A stretch of DNA of 64,000 nucleotides from assembly GCA_002269645.1 (NCBI GenBank), contig NIVC01001210.1:62001-126000 (forward strand). The letters are read 5' to 3'. The notes under the pieces were generated by a model. It was not told the DNA's origin. It did not search any database and worked only from the letters and a program-made list of their open reading frames with translations. Below, piece after piece: positions 35,303 to 46,415 of this stretch (position 1 is the stretch's first letter; each line of letters begins with the position of its first letter). This DNA comes from Macrostomum lignano (lineage: Eukaryota). Made by a program: the position numbers and the translations under genes.

Positions 35303-38300
35303 TTAATTAATTAACTAATGAACAGTGATTCTATTACGTCCTAGCCAGTATTTTCATCTGATCGAAGTCCCATTGCATTTAGCTCTAAATAATTATTGAA
35401 AACCCTAACCCAAAGTCTGCCTCAACCATTCGCCCACACTGACCTCGCCTGAAGCTCGCCCCTGCCGGACTGGTCAAATAGCTGAAATCTTCCACGGAGT
35501 TCGCACATACTCCGGAAACTCCAGCAGTTCGAGTCAACCGGACGCTCAGCTGCACTAGGCTGGCGCACCCGGTCGAGGCCGAGACGCTAACAACAATGGC
35601 AGTGGCGTTGGCTCCGCTGGGGGAGGCCCACACCAGAGATCCGTTCTGGTTCACCGTTAGGTCGGACGGACCGGAAACTTTATCAAACACGGCACTACTT
35701 GGTGCCGTGCCGTTGAGCAGTGTCGTCAGATTGACCTGGTAGAGAGTTCCCTCAGTTGCAGATATCTGCGTTTTGGCTGAGTCCCACTGAAGCATCGACG
35801 AGCTGCAGCCGGTATAGTCGGCAATGGATTGAGCCGTTGTACTCAGCGAGTCGAGGTAGGCGGTGGCGCAGGCGGCGCCGCAGTCGGCGAACTCCATCAG
35901 GCAGTTTTGGTAAGCGGTCGAGTTGACTGGCTGAGTGGCTGCGCAAGTCTGCAGTTAAAGTTAAAATGCGTATCACAGAAATAGCTCGAAGTACCGGTTC
36001 GCACGCTCGAGCTGGCTCACCTGATTCGCTGCGGCGTAAGTCGTGCCGTTCCCAGCGAATACTGCCTGCACCATCTGAGTCTGATTCCAGTCAGCTGACC
36101 AGTACAGAGCGGACCAGCTGGCCTGAGCTGTTGGAGCTGTTGTAGGGAACCTGAACAGGCTATCTGCTGCCGCGACTTTCCCTTGGGTTGGTAGAAATTG
36201 GATAACTGGATCAGAATTGATTGGACTGATCGGCAAAGTGCTCATTGAAAGGTTGCAATAATATTCACGTGCTAATTGCTATTCTTCATCACTCACAGTC
36301 CTCCATCGCAGTGCTGACGTTGGAGACTGTGCCGTTTGAAAACGCAATGTCGTTAGCCGCATTGTCGTCGTAGAGGCCCAGCAGACCGGATGTCTTGTTG
36401 AAATATTTCTCTTTGTCCAGGTACACCGACACTGACAGTCCATTTGTGCCGCTTTTAGCCTACGGAGTAACGGTTTGCGACCATTTTACCCAGCATTGAT
36501 ACTTAATTTATAATGCTGTAAGCTATAATATGATCCCACAGCTATGCACTGTTGCATTAAACAGCTTCTCAATTACTTCAGTCGTTAAGCTCTCGTGTTT
36601 AAGTTGTAAAAGCATTGATTGCCATGCTGAACTGAACCAAACACATGCTTTCTAAATCTCGCTACACAAATCTTGTGCTTTTAATATAATTTACATGTAC
36701 TCACAGTGATCCAGGTTGAGCTACCAGCAACGTAGAGAGTCAGAGAGGTATTTGTACCAGTGAAAATGACTGAAAATCCAATGTTGTAATCATTAATTAA
36801 TTTAGTTAACATATTTTGGGTAGGGAATGTTTCCAAAACCAATTTAACAAATGGCTCACGGTCGCTTGTAGACGGCACAACCATGGCATTCGGGGTGCCG
36901 TTACTCGCTACATTGAAGCTGCTGCTGGACCCGCTGTAAGTCAGATAGTTGACCATGATCTGCTGATTGGACTGTACCCAGTGAAACTGCAATCGAAATG
37001 AGCGTTCTTCATTTCAGTAAGCCGGCTTGGAAATTTTCACGAAAGTTTACTTAATTTTTTATCTTTTTTATTTAGCCCCAGATTATTGTGTTGCTGCACA
37101 CGGGATCGAGTCACAGGTCCTGACACCTTGTACATCAGTGTTGGTGTGATCTTATAGTCATTTTGATGGCTGTGTGAACGAGCCTTTACACTTTCTATTC
37201 AGTGGTGGCAGCTTATAGAGCGGACTGCAATAGGATTGAGCATAATTTTCCCGGCAAAGGCATCCATTCTAAAATATACTCTAAGTTTTCACTGACCTCC
37301 GTTGACACGTTGACTGTGCCAGTGAACTGCACTGCGACTCCTGTGATGCCGGCAGTCCTATTCTCTCTGGGGTTGGTGTCCTCCAGCCGCACCTGCACGC
37401 TCAACGGGCTGGCCGTTTTCACCAGCCAGAAGTCGCCAACGAAGAGAAATCTGCTCAGCTGACCGTCGAATGAGCGCAGCTCGCCCGACCCCATGGCGAG
37501 GCCTGTGGGAAACATGGGTGCGAGTTTTATTAATTCAATCTTTTTGTTAGAGGCAGGGGACTGTGTGCACCCTGGAGCACTTTAAGCGACATTGTCACAC
37601 AACCAGCGAGAGGCATTACTGCCCCATTCCACCGACTCCCCTGACTCCCCTGCGTACGTATCCCCGACTCCCCTGCGGGGATACGTACGCAGTCATACAC
37701 ACAGGCACACACTCACACGGGAGTGTACAGCGGCCCTAACTTAGGCATGTACACTTCACTGTGCCTTGGGGTTGGCCTTCAAGGGCGTTAATTGCGCGAG
37801 CAGAGCCCAGCAAAGATTCGAGTTTAGCCTGGGTCGCCGGCACATCAGAGCGCTGCTCAATACCTTACGCCAACCCCCCCCCCAGTGTGAGATAGAGATA
37901 AATTTCAACTTATCATGTTCGCAACTCTCATTCCATGGACTTCTTCATTACCTTTTGTACCATTACGAAACTCAGAACTAGTAGGTTAAAATTCTATTGA
38001 AAATGTTGATGCATTGAGCTGACGGAGATCGGTTTGCATACAGGCACAAGTTGACCCGATACCAGTAATATAGCTTAAATAACTGACAGCAACCGCACTA
38101 TGCCGCTCACCTGCAGCTGATGGGGCCTGGTAGTTGACGCTGGTCGGCGTTGCAAACTTTTCGTAATATTTGTCGCAGAGATTCGGCACCCGGTCGCAGC
38201 AGTACTCATACAGCTTGCCTCCGATGCTCATATCGCCAGCGTTCACTGTGACATTCGAGTACGAACTCATCGGATTGAGACCGCCTGTGGAGTTGTCATA

Positions 38301-41300
38301 GGAGCAGGTGATCTGAGTAGCGTTCGGCAGCTTGGACAGAATCAGATTGAAGGAAGTTGGCTGGCCGGCCACTCGGCTGAAGCGCGGGTCCTTGGCGGCC
38401 TGGCTGAACGAACGGGGACACCAGCCAAGAACGGCGGAGGAAATTCCCGGCTGCAGTGCTCGGTCGGCCTCGGCCAAGCAGAGCTTCCGGTAGTTGGGAG
38501 TCGATCCCGTGTACAGCACGGTTAGCCTGGCTGTTGCTGTTGCTGTGGGAAAATAAGTTGGAATGCATGCGAGACTATAGTGGTAGCCTGTGAGTCGCTT
38601 GATGTACTTTGCACGTCCCTCTCGCTCTCGCAGCATCCTGATCTTCTATCAGCCCCTTTTTTCTATACTTTGGCCATCGTTTCTTTCTCTCTACCCTCTC
38701 TCAGTTCATGTCAGGTCAGGTGCTTAGCAGCTTGCTAGAGTGAGAGTAGAGACACGAAAGGGTGAGGAAGCAGGCTTAGATGACGCTGGATGACAGAACG
38801 ATGTTTAATTAAAACACGTGCAAGTCCTCAGCCCGGACAACTGAATTAAAAGGAAGACACACTCGATTTTCCTAGAAATGAGCTAGAGCCGGAAAAAGGC
38901 ATATTTCAATTACTAGTGCATTCGTCGTCTAGTAGAGCATACTAAACGCAACAAACGGGGGTTGCAGCCCAGTGGTTAGAGAGTCGGACTAACAACGGAA
39001 AGGTCGGGGATTCGATTCTCGACCCACTTGGAACAATTTGTGTCCTTGAGCAAGACGCTTAACTTTGCATTGCTTCAGTTCACCCAGCTGTAAAATAGGT
39101 GCCAGCATTAGCTGGGGTAATTGAGGGTGGGTGTGGCGACCCCCCAGTCCTTCAGTTCACCCCCCAGTACTTAGCCTTCAGATGCGCCGCGCAATCGGTG
39201 GGTTGATCCTAGTGGAACTAATAGATTCCAAACCCCCAAGAAAGTGCCCCTTATTTACCATTTCCAAACATCATTGGCTTCAAGCTCGCCGCCATGCTGC
39301 TGCTTCTCTTATCGGCCAGCAGGTTTGCCGCGCCATTGGTTGCCGCTCGGCTGCCAATCAGAGTGGGCAGCCAATCAAAATAGTCCCTTAGCGTGTTGGT
39401 AGACGAGTAGAGGCTCACGGCGGCTGTCACAGTTTCCAAGTCGGTGAACAGGATAAGTTGAAAGGAAATCTGAAAAGCATTGTTTTTAGGACCAGAGGTT
39501 AGTCTACCACTGTCAGCCTGGCGCATTCAGCAGGTTGTGCGTTAGTAAAGTAGCGCTAATTAGCCCTCATTCTGATTCAATACTAATGCAAAGCACGTAT
39601 TAATTAAAAAGACCCAACGCTCAATTAACTGTTTATGATAATTTGTTTAAGCTAAAGGTCTAATTTTCGATTATTATTCCCTCTATTCGACAGTTAGAGC
39701 AGAAGAACGCTGCACTCGCAGGGGCTGTGTGCACCCTGGACCTTAAGCGACATAGGCACACAACCGGCGAGAGGCATTACTGCCCATTCCACCGACTCCC
39801 CTGAGCAGGCACACAAGCGCGCGGATACGTACGCAGTCATACACACAGGCACACACTCACAAGGGAGTGTACATTGGCCCTAACTTTATCATGTACACTT
39901 CACTGTGCCTTGGGGGGCTGGCCCTCAAGGCCGAAAATTGCACGAGCAGAGCCAAGCCGAGATTCCAATTCAGCCCCAAATCAATGTGACTGCACTTGGA
40001 ATCGAGCCTGGGCCGCTGGCACATCAGAGCGCTGCGCTGGACCATTGGGCTACGGCCCCCTTCCTGAGCACATACATACTGATATTCTAGATTGGCGTCC
40101 TTCCACTCAAGCTGTCCTTGCTTCTAGACTTTCCTGAAGCATACCCTCAGCCAAATACCATTGCATAGCTTTGGCCAGCGGCGGAGGGGACATCAGCTTC
40201 CAGGTGAAGACAATCGCCGACGTGGCGTTGCCGAGCTCGGCAACCGAAGATCGGATTTTCTGCAGCGCAGCGTCGCCGCTCACCGAGCCGACCAGCTTGT
40301 AGGACACCTCGGATGTGCTGTTGAACGAACCCACGGACTTTCGGAAATCGAAGCTCGTCGCGAACGGAGCCACAAAGGCCGGGGCCCAGCTGTTCTTGAG
40401 CAGGTCGACTCGAGTGGTGCAAAAGTCCGAGTTGAAGGTGACGTAGCCGTTGGAGCAGAGCTGCATTGAGCAGTAGGGGGGGGGGGCGAGGGGGTGAGAC
40501 TGGATTGCTGGCCAAATTGTTGAGAAGCCCCCTGCTTTCTGCATCCACAATGTCTGAGCAAATATTTACAAAGAGGAAAGAAGTTTCTTATAATGCATGA
40601 ATCAATTTTAGCATAAAAAAATTGCGCACTACTCGCCCCATCGTGCATTTGAGTCCTCAGCCTTGCCAAATATTTACTTCGTTCGAGATTCGTGCCGTCT
40701 TACTGGCCTGGCAACAGCTCGTAGAAGAAGGCTAATACAAAGTCAAAAAGGCGGCTACACCCAAAATTCCAGAAATTGTGAAAAGCCAAAAAGTGAACGT
40801 TATAAGAAGTTATAAAAGAAACCCTGGAAAAACTTTTTGAATGAATATTTAATTCTTACCGATGGCGATGGGGAATGGATCAGATTGCTGGGGCTCATAA
40901 TCATGGGATAACAATTCGATAATAATTATAAGCGACAGGTGTCAATTTTAAAACTTAATTCGTTTCATAAGTCGATGTCCGATCTCAACGTTTTCTAATG
41001 TTTCTGCTTTTTGAACAAGTTTGTCACTGGTAGATTTAATCACGAAATTGGCCCCTAATGCAGCAAAGATGAGTGAGGGAACATAAAATTATGTTCAAAA
41101 TAGCCAGTTCAAAATTGCAATGTATAAGTCTTACAAAAACTTGAGTTGCCAGCTCTGAGTTGCCTAGCGGAATTCCACCTTTAAAACTGGCATTTCCTGT
41201 CAGATCAATCTTCACGGATGCCACAAACATCGAATTGTTTGATGATAGACCCGTTGGAGACGCTGGTGCGAGCAGAGTCACCTCTGAAAGCGATTGGGAA

Positions 41301-41838
41301 TTGCTGTAAATCTAATGTTAGTATCTTGACTGAGTACCACTGCATTCTCTGTTTGCTCTTTGTCAGGTTATTCAGCTGCCAAATCCATGCATACGCTCTA
41401 GAAATTGTACATGTGGGTAACTCCACTGACAGTGTACAGGCTGATGTCAAGGACCACTAGCAGCATATCAGGACGCTACACTCAAAGATCGTGCAATTTT
41501 TTAAAGGCCAATTTCTTGGAAAAGAAAATAGGAAAAAATAGGCAGGAAATTTGCCTCCAAAATACACGATCTTTGTTTGTAGCGTCCTGATATTACTGCT
41601 AGTGGTCCTTGGCTGATGTCCCGTAGAGACATTCAATGTCCAAGCAGGGCAGCCGTCTCCACTCACGCTCGCATCTGTCTCCCTCCAAGCCGACAGTCCT
41701 GTCCGTAGGGCAGGTGCAAACTCCTGTTGCTTCGGTGCAGCTTGCTGAATTGCCGCAGTTGGACAGGCTGCAGTTGAAACCAGCCGCTCTGGTTGCCAGT
41801 GGCAACAAAAGTAACAATAGCATCGACTTAGTCGTCAT
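29962..41838 (-). CDS. MUC4/SUSD2-like type I membrane protein: signal peptide-EGF-(SEA-like)-NIDO-AMOP-VWD-multiple EGF/cbEGF-SEA-EGF-TM-tail
   Basis: Exons: 41838-41667, 41283-41135, small exons near 40.7-40.9 kb (unresolved), ~40460-40159 (NIDO: LCSNGYVTF, IVFTW), ~39469-39259, 38542-38111 (AMOP: YEYCC...CDKYYEK), 37502-37297, 36986-36705, 36459-36297 (VWD: TSGLLGLYDDN), 36181-36021, 35948-35444, 34937-34620, 34484-33987 (DIDEC/DINEC/DVNEC), 33894-33775, 33474-33083, 32668-32359 (SEA: MTNGSLVV), 32219-31890, 31789-31699 (TM), 30234-30144, 30024-29962 (tail STYENQAY...DYF*). Phases are consistent from 38542 to the stop. Confidence 0.85.
32715..33047 (-). mobile_element. SINE family 2 copy, intronic
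   Basis: B-box-like GGCTCGATTCC followed by the family-2 body; near-identical blocks to 39695-40059. Confidence 0.8.
34981..35316 (+). repeat. Compound microsatellite (GACT)60(AACT)20(AATT)3, intronic
   Basis: GACT at 34981-35220, AACT at 35221-35300, AATT at 35301-35312. Confidence 0.97.
37548..37862 (-). mobile_element. SINE family 2 copy, intronic, rearranged
   Basis: Shares body blocks with the other three copies; has an internal deletion near the head and a local duplication of GACTCCCCTG. Confidence 0.75.
38957..39200 (+). mobile_element. SINE family 1 copy
   Basis: Head GCAGCCCAGTGGTTAGAGAGTCGGACT...GGATTCGATTCTCGACCC, then TTTGTGTCCTTGAGCAAGACGCTTAACTTTGCATTGCTTCAGTTCACCCAGCTGTAAAATAGG. 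Confidence 0.8.
39695..40059 (-). mobile_element. SINE family 2, apparently full length (about 365 bp), tRNA-derived head
   Basis: Minus-strand 5' end GGGGCCGTAGCCCAATGGTCCAGCGCAGCGCTCTGATGTGCCAGCGGCCCAGGCTCGATTCCAAG, with A-box TAGCCCAATGG and B-box-like GGCTCGATTCC. Confidence 0.8.
41448..41611. mobile_element. hAT-type MITE, 164 bp, in intron 1 of the MUC4-like gene
   Basis: About 48-bp imperfect TIRs beginning CAAGGACCACTAGCAG...ATATCAGGACGCTACA. 8-bp TSD GCTGATGT at 41440-41447 and 41612-41619. Confidence 0.85.
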
Positions 41839-42576
41839 CGCATCGAAGCGGACTGTGCGTTGCATGACGGTCTTGTTGGCGTCCTGCCTTTGTTCCGCTC
41901 GGAGGGAAGGCAGCACAGGCGGGTCTCGGTGCGGATACTTGAGGTGGCGATCGCAGGGGCGGTGCCGGGGCGGTGGCGCGAGCGCTTGTTCGATCCCAGA
42001 GGGGGTGGCGGTGTTTGCCGAATCGATTTCTGCAAGGTCCGATCGGGTTTCGATCCTGGCCAGTGCTAGCAGAGCCTGGGAGGGCAGCGGCTGCTTGTCT
42101 GGGAGGGCTTAAAAACTGATCGCTGGGGGGGGGGGGGGGGGGCGAGAGCAGCAGCTGCGGTCCGGCTCTGCCTTACCTTTGAGCAAATTCTCCCTGCTTT
42201 AATCTCTTTCTCTCTCACTGGTCTATTTCTAGCCTATACTCAGTAGCTCGTATTGTTCTCGCCAAAGTCGCCGCTTGCGTCTTCAATCGGAGATTTGGGA
42301 TCTCGGAATGAAAGCGGGAGAGCAAAGGACGAAGAGAGAAAGAGCGAGAAACGGTGCGGCCTGCCTTTTCTAGCCCCGGCCACGACCCTCCTCAGTCAAC
42401 AATCTCTCTCCAACCTCTCCGCCCTACCCCCCAGGTGAGGAGATCCGCCATACGGAGAGAGAGAGAGAGCAAACAGCCGCCCCAAAGTGCTCGGCTGCCC
42501 TCCCAGAGCAGCCTGAGTCCGCGCTGATGCTAAATTTAGCAGCAGTTCCGCTCCCCTCAATGCCCAATGGGAGAGA

Positions 42577-42843
42577 GCGCGTCGACAGGCTGCACTAAAC
42601 GACGGACAAGCTTGTCGACTGCGCGTCGGCAGGCTGCACTAAACGACGGACAAGCTTGTCGACTGCGCGTCGGCAGGCTGCACTAAACGACGGACAAGCT
42701 TGTCGACTGCGCGTCGGCAGACTGCACTAAACGACGGACAAGCTTGTCGACTGCGCGTCGGCAGGCTGCACTAAACGACGGACAAGCTTGTCGACTGCGC
42801 GTCGGCAGGCTACACTAAACGACGGACAAGCTTGTCGACTGCA
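42577..42843 (+). repeat. 44-bp CpG-rich tandem repeat, 6 copies, with a palindromic core
   Basis: Unit GCGCGTCGGCAGGCTGCACTAAACGACGGACAAGCTTGTCGACT; contains the 12-bp palindrome GACAAGCTTGTC. Confidence 0.95.
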
Positions 42844-43318
42844 GTTTTAGGATTTGCAAATTGAGAACCCCGCCCAGAGTGAGCAGTGGGAGAGAATTTA
42901 GTATTACTAGTCGTCTTTCACTGCTTTTCATATTTTATTTCATTTCGCATAACTTCGAGCAAAAAAATAGCAAAAATGTGCTCCGTTGACGCCTCAGATT
43001 AAGTTCTTACCTTCGTTGCAAAACTCCACACTTTCCGACCCACCTATTTTTCATTACCAATAATTTACGGTTGATTACAATATGCTAATGGCCTCCTTCC
43101 AGGTCCTGTGCAACCGATTCAGGCGTAGTAGCCTAAATTAATTAGCCAGGAGGAATGGCTAGGAGGTCTCAGCCCGGCTTCATACTGATTTCTGAATTTA
43201 AAAAAGCGTTTGTTAGTGCCGCCGCACAACTGTTCCAATTAAGTTGGGAACTCAAATTGGCCGCCTAGAAAAAATTGCATTGTGCAAATCTTAAACTCGC
43301 CACCCACTAAACAACATA

Positions 43319-44208
43319 GTTAGCAACCCATTATATTCATTGATGTGTTGGCTAGATTAGCAATCCATTCTATTCCAATTGATTTGTGATTGGCTAGATT
43401 AGCAATCCATTCTATTCCAATTGATTTGCGATTGGCTAGATTAGCAATCCATTCTATTCATTGATTAGTGTTGGCTAGATTAGCAATCCATTCTATTCCA
43501 ATTGATTTGTGATTGGCTAGATTAGCAACCCATTATATTCATTGATGTGTTGGCTAGATTAGCAACCCATTATATTCATTGATGTGTTGGCTAGATTAGC
43601 AACCCATTATATTCATTGATGTGTTGGCTAGATTAGCAATCCATTCTATTTTAATTGATTTGCGATTGGCTAGATTAGCAATCCATTCTATTCATTGATT
43701 AGTGTTGGCTAGATTAGCAATCCATTCTATTCCAATTGATTTGTGATTGGCTAGATTAGCAATCCATTCTATTCCAATTGATTTGTGATTGGCTAGATTA
43801 GCAATCCATTCTATTCATTGATTAGTGTTGGCTAGATTAGCAATCCATTCTATTCCAATTGATTAGTGTTGGCTAGATTAGCAATCCATTCTATCCCAAT
43901 TGATTTGTGATTGGCTAGATTAGCAATCCATTCTATTCATTGATTAGTGTAGGCTAGATTAGCAATCCATTCTATTCCAATTGATTTGTGATTGGCTAGA
44001 TTAGCAATCCATTCTATTCCAATTGATTTGTGATTGGCTAGATTAGCAATCCATTCTATTCCTTCATTAATGCAGGCTAGATTAGCAATCCATTCTGTTC
44101 CTTCATTGATGTAGGCTAGATTAGCAATCCATTCTGTTCCTTCATTGATGTAGGCTAGATTAGCAATCCATTCTATTCCTTCATTGATGAAGGCTAGATT
44201 AGCAATCC
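43319..44208 (+). repeat. Variant minisatellite with a constant core and 33-42-bp units
   Basis: Core GGCTAGATTAGCAA(T/C)CCATT followed by a few recurring linker types. Confidence 0.95.
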
Positions 44209-44614
44209 AATATACTAAAAATTCCAATCTATTTTCTGATTAATATTGGCTGGACAATATAAAATAACTCATTCAACCCCATATCCCGTCTATCCACTTC
44301 CGTGAACACTGTCCCAGCAGCAATTTCATTAGCATTGAGCAGTCATTCTGTTTGTACACCCTGGGCTGTGTGCTGGCCATCCAAACATCCCTGTTTGTCC
44401 CCACGGCCTTGCAAATCCCATCCCAGCTACCTTCCTGGGAACGGAAGCAAAAGTGTGCGCTCGTATTTCCAAATCGAAAGCAGAATTTCTCTCACAGAGC
44501 ATACTATGCGCGCACATGGGCACATGCTTTCTTAAGCCTTGTGCAAACAGTTCCGTCGGCTGATGAGGACAAACTTTATACCAGGATATTCAGCTCGTAC
44601 CTGGCTGTTTCTTT

Positions 44615-44881
<267 letters not shown>

Positions 44882-45714
44882 AATATACAAAACAGTTTTT
44901 ATCTAGCAATGTAACGGTAGTTACTGCCAATAGTTAGTTTTTGATTTTCGCTACTTCTTCTTCCCAAACGTGTTTCGTGTTTCCGAATTCTTTCTTGTGT
45001 TTTTTTCAGAGCTTTATTGCACAGATTTTCCTACTAAATATTGTCCCCGTGAGCAGCTGTTGCTCAGCTATTTTTTGCTGCGACGGGAAAACAGTTCTGA
45101 ATTGGGAAATACGATATAACTCTGACTGGGGCGAACTTATGAAAAATTAGGAAGCAGAAAGAGTGCAAAGGCTGAGAGCTCAGTGGGTGGTTCCACGCTG
45201 CACTGATTGCTATTTTTAGTGCCAGTTCCCCACCCCGGGCATCCACTCAAGCCCCCTTGATCGATATCAAATGCAACAATTGGCAAAATTTGATCGATTT
45301 TGGCAACCCCCCCCACCCCAACCTCCCCTGCTGACCACAGCGGGAGAGTCCAGCTAATGGCATGACAGGGCAAGCGCGCAAACGTTGACGACACGCTTAG
45401 ACTTAAACTTAAACACAGTATAAAAAAGTTAGAGAGAGAGGAAGAAGTTCTGCTGTAGCTCAACACTCCGCTATCTGAATTGAATTACAGAGTGCATGAC
45501 CAGACATAAATGAAAGAAATATTAATATTGTTGTGAAATAATAAGATAACTGCTCAGGGACGCTAGACACTATTACTGGGTTGGATTAGTCAGAATTAAG
45601 CTGCGTAATTTATTCTGTCATTATTTCTGCCCCGCTAGATAGTTTCCCACACGATATGCTATTTGAAGTCAGAAATCTGCGAAATAGATGGAAATCTGCG
45701 AAATAGATGGAGCA

Positions 45715-46415
45715 GTCTGACTCCTTCTTGAGCCACCTATCTTCTTCCTGACCCCACCTGTCTTCTTCCTGACCCCACCTGTCTATCTGACTTCTTCCTG
45801 ACCCCACCTGTCTATCTGACTTCTTCCTGACCCCACCTGTCTATCTGACTTCTTCCTGACCCCACCTGTCTATCTGACTTCTTCCTGACCCAACTGTCTA
45901 TCTGACACCTTCTAAACCCCACCTGGGTCTATCTGACTCCTTCCCGACCCCACCTGTGTCTATCTGACTCCTTCCTGACCCCATCTGTCTATCTGACCTC
46001 TTTCCTAACCCCACCTGCGTCTATCTGACTCCTTCCTGACCCCATCTGTCTATCTGACCTCTTTCCTAACCCCACCTGCGTCTATCTGACTCCTTCCTGA
46101 CCCCACTTGTGTCTATCTGACTCCTTTCTGACCCCACTTGTGTCTATCTGACTCCTTCCTGACCCACCTGTCTATCTGACTTGTTTCTGACCCACTTGTG
46201 TCTATCTGACTCCTTCCTGACCCCATCTGTCTATCTGACCTCTTTCCTAACCCCACCTGCGTCTATCTGACTCCTTCCTGGCCCCACTTGTGTCTATCTG
46301 ACTCCTTTCTGACCCCACTTATCTCTATCTGACTCCTTCCTGACCCACCTGTCTATCTGACTTGTTTCTGACCCACTTGTGTCTATCTGACTCCTTCCTG
46401 ACCCCACCTGTCTCT
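45715..46415 (+). repeat. ~29-31-bp pyrimidine-rich minisatellite
   Basis: Unit approximately CCCCACCTGTCTATCTGACTTCTTCCTGA with several variants. Confidence 0.92.

Noticed and set aside
38957-39030. tRNA gene calls at the SINE heads (also ~20700-20773 and ~39990-40059)
   Set aside because: A/B boxes are present, but I could not form a full cloverleaf, and each head continues into a shared repeat body.
41205-41450. Track ORF with a SEA-like 'SNGSIIKQFDV' string
   Set aside because: It begins at the edge of the MITE, has no phase-compatible acceptor and stops early; the overlapping frame 41283-41135 has good splice sites and the correct phase.
42577-42845. Vector polylinker contamination (HindIII, SalI and PstI sites)
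   Set aside because: The sites sit inside diverged tandem units with substitutions, and no other vector sequence is adjacent.
42577-44208. CRISPR-like appearance of the 44-bp and constant-core arrays
   Set aside because: No unique spacers, no cas genes, and a spliced eukaryotic context.
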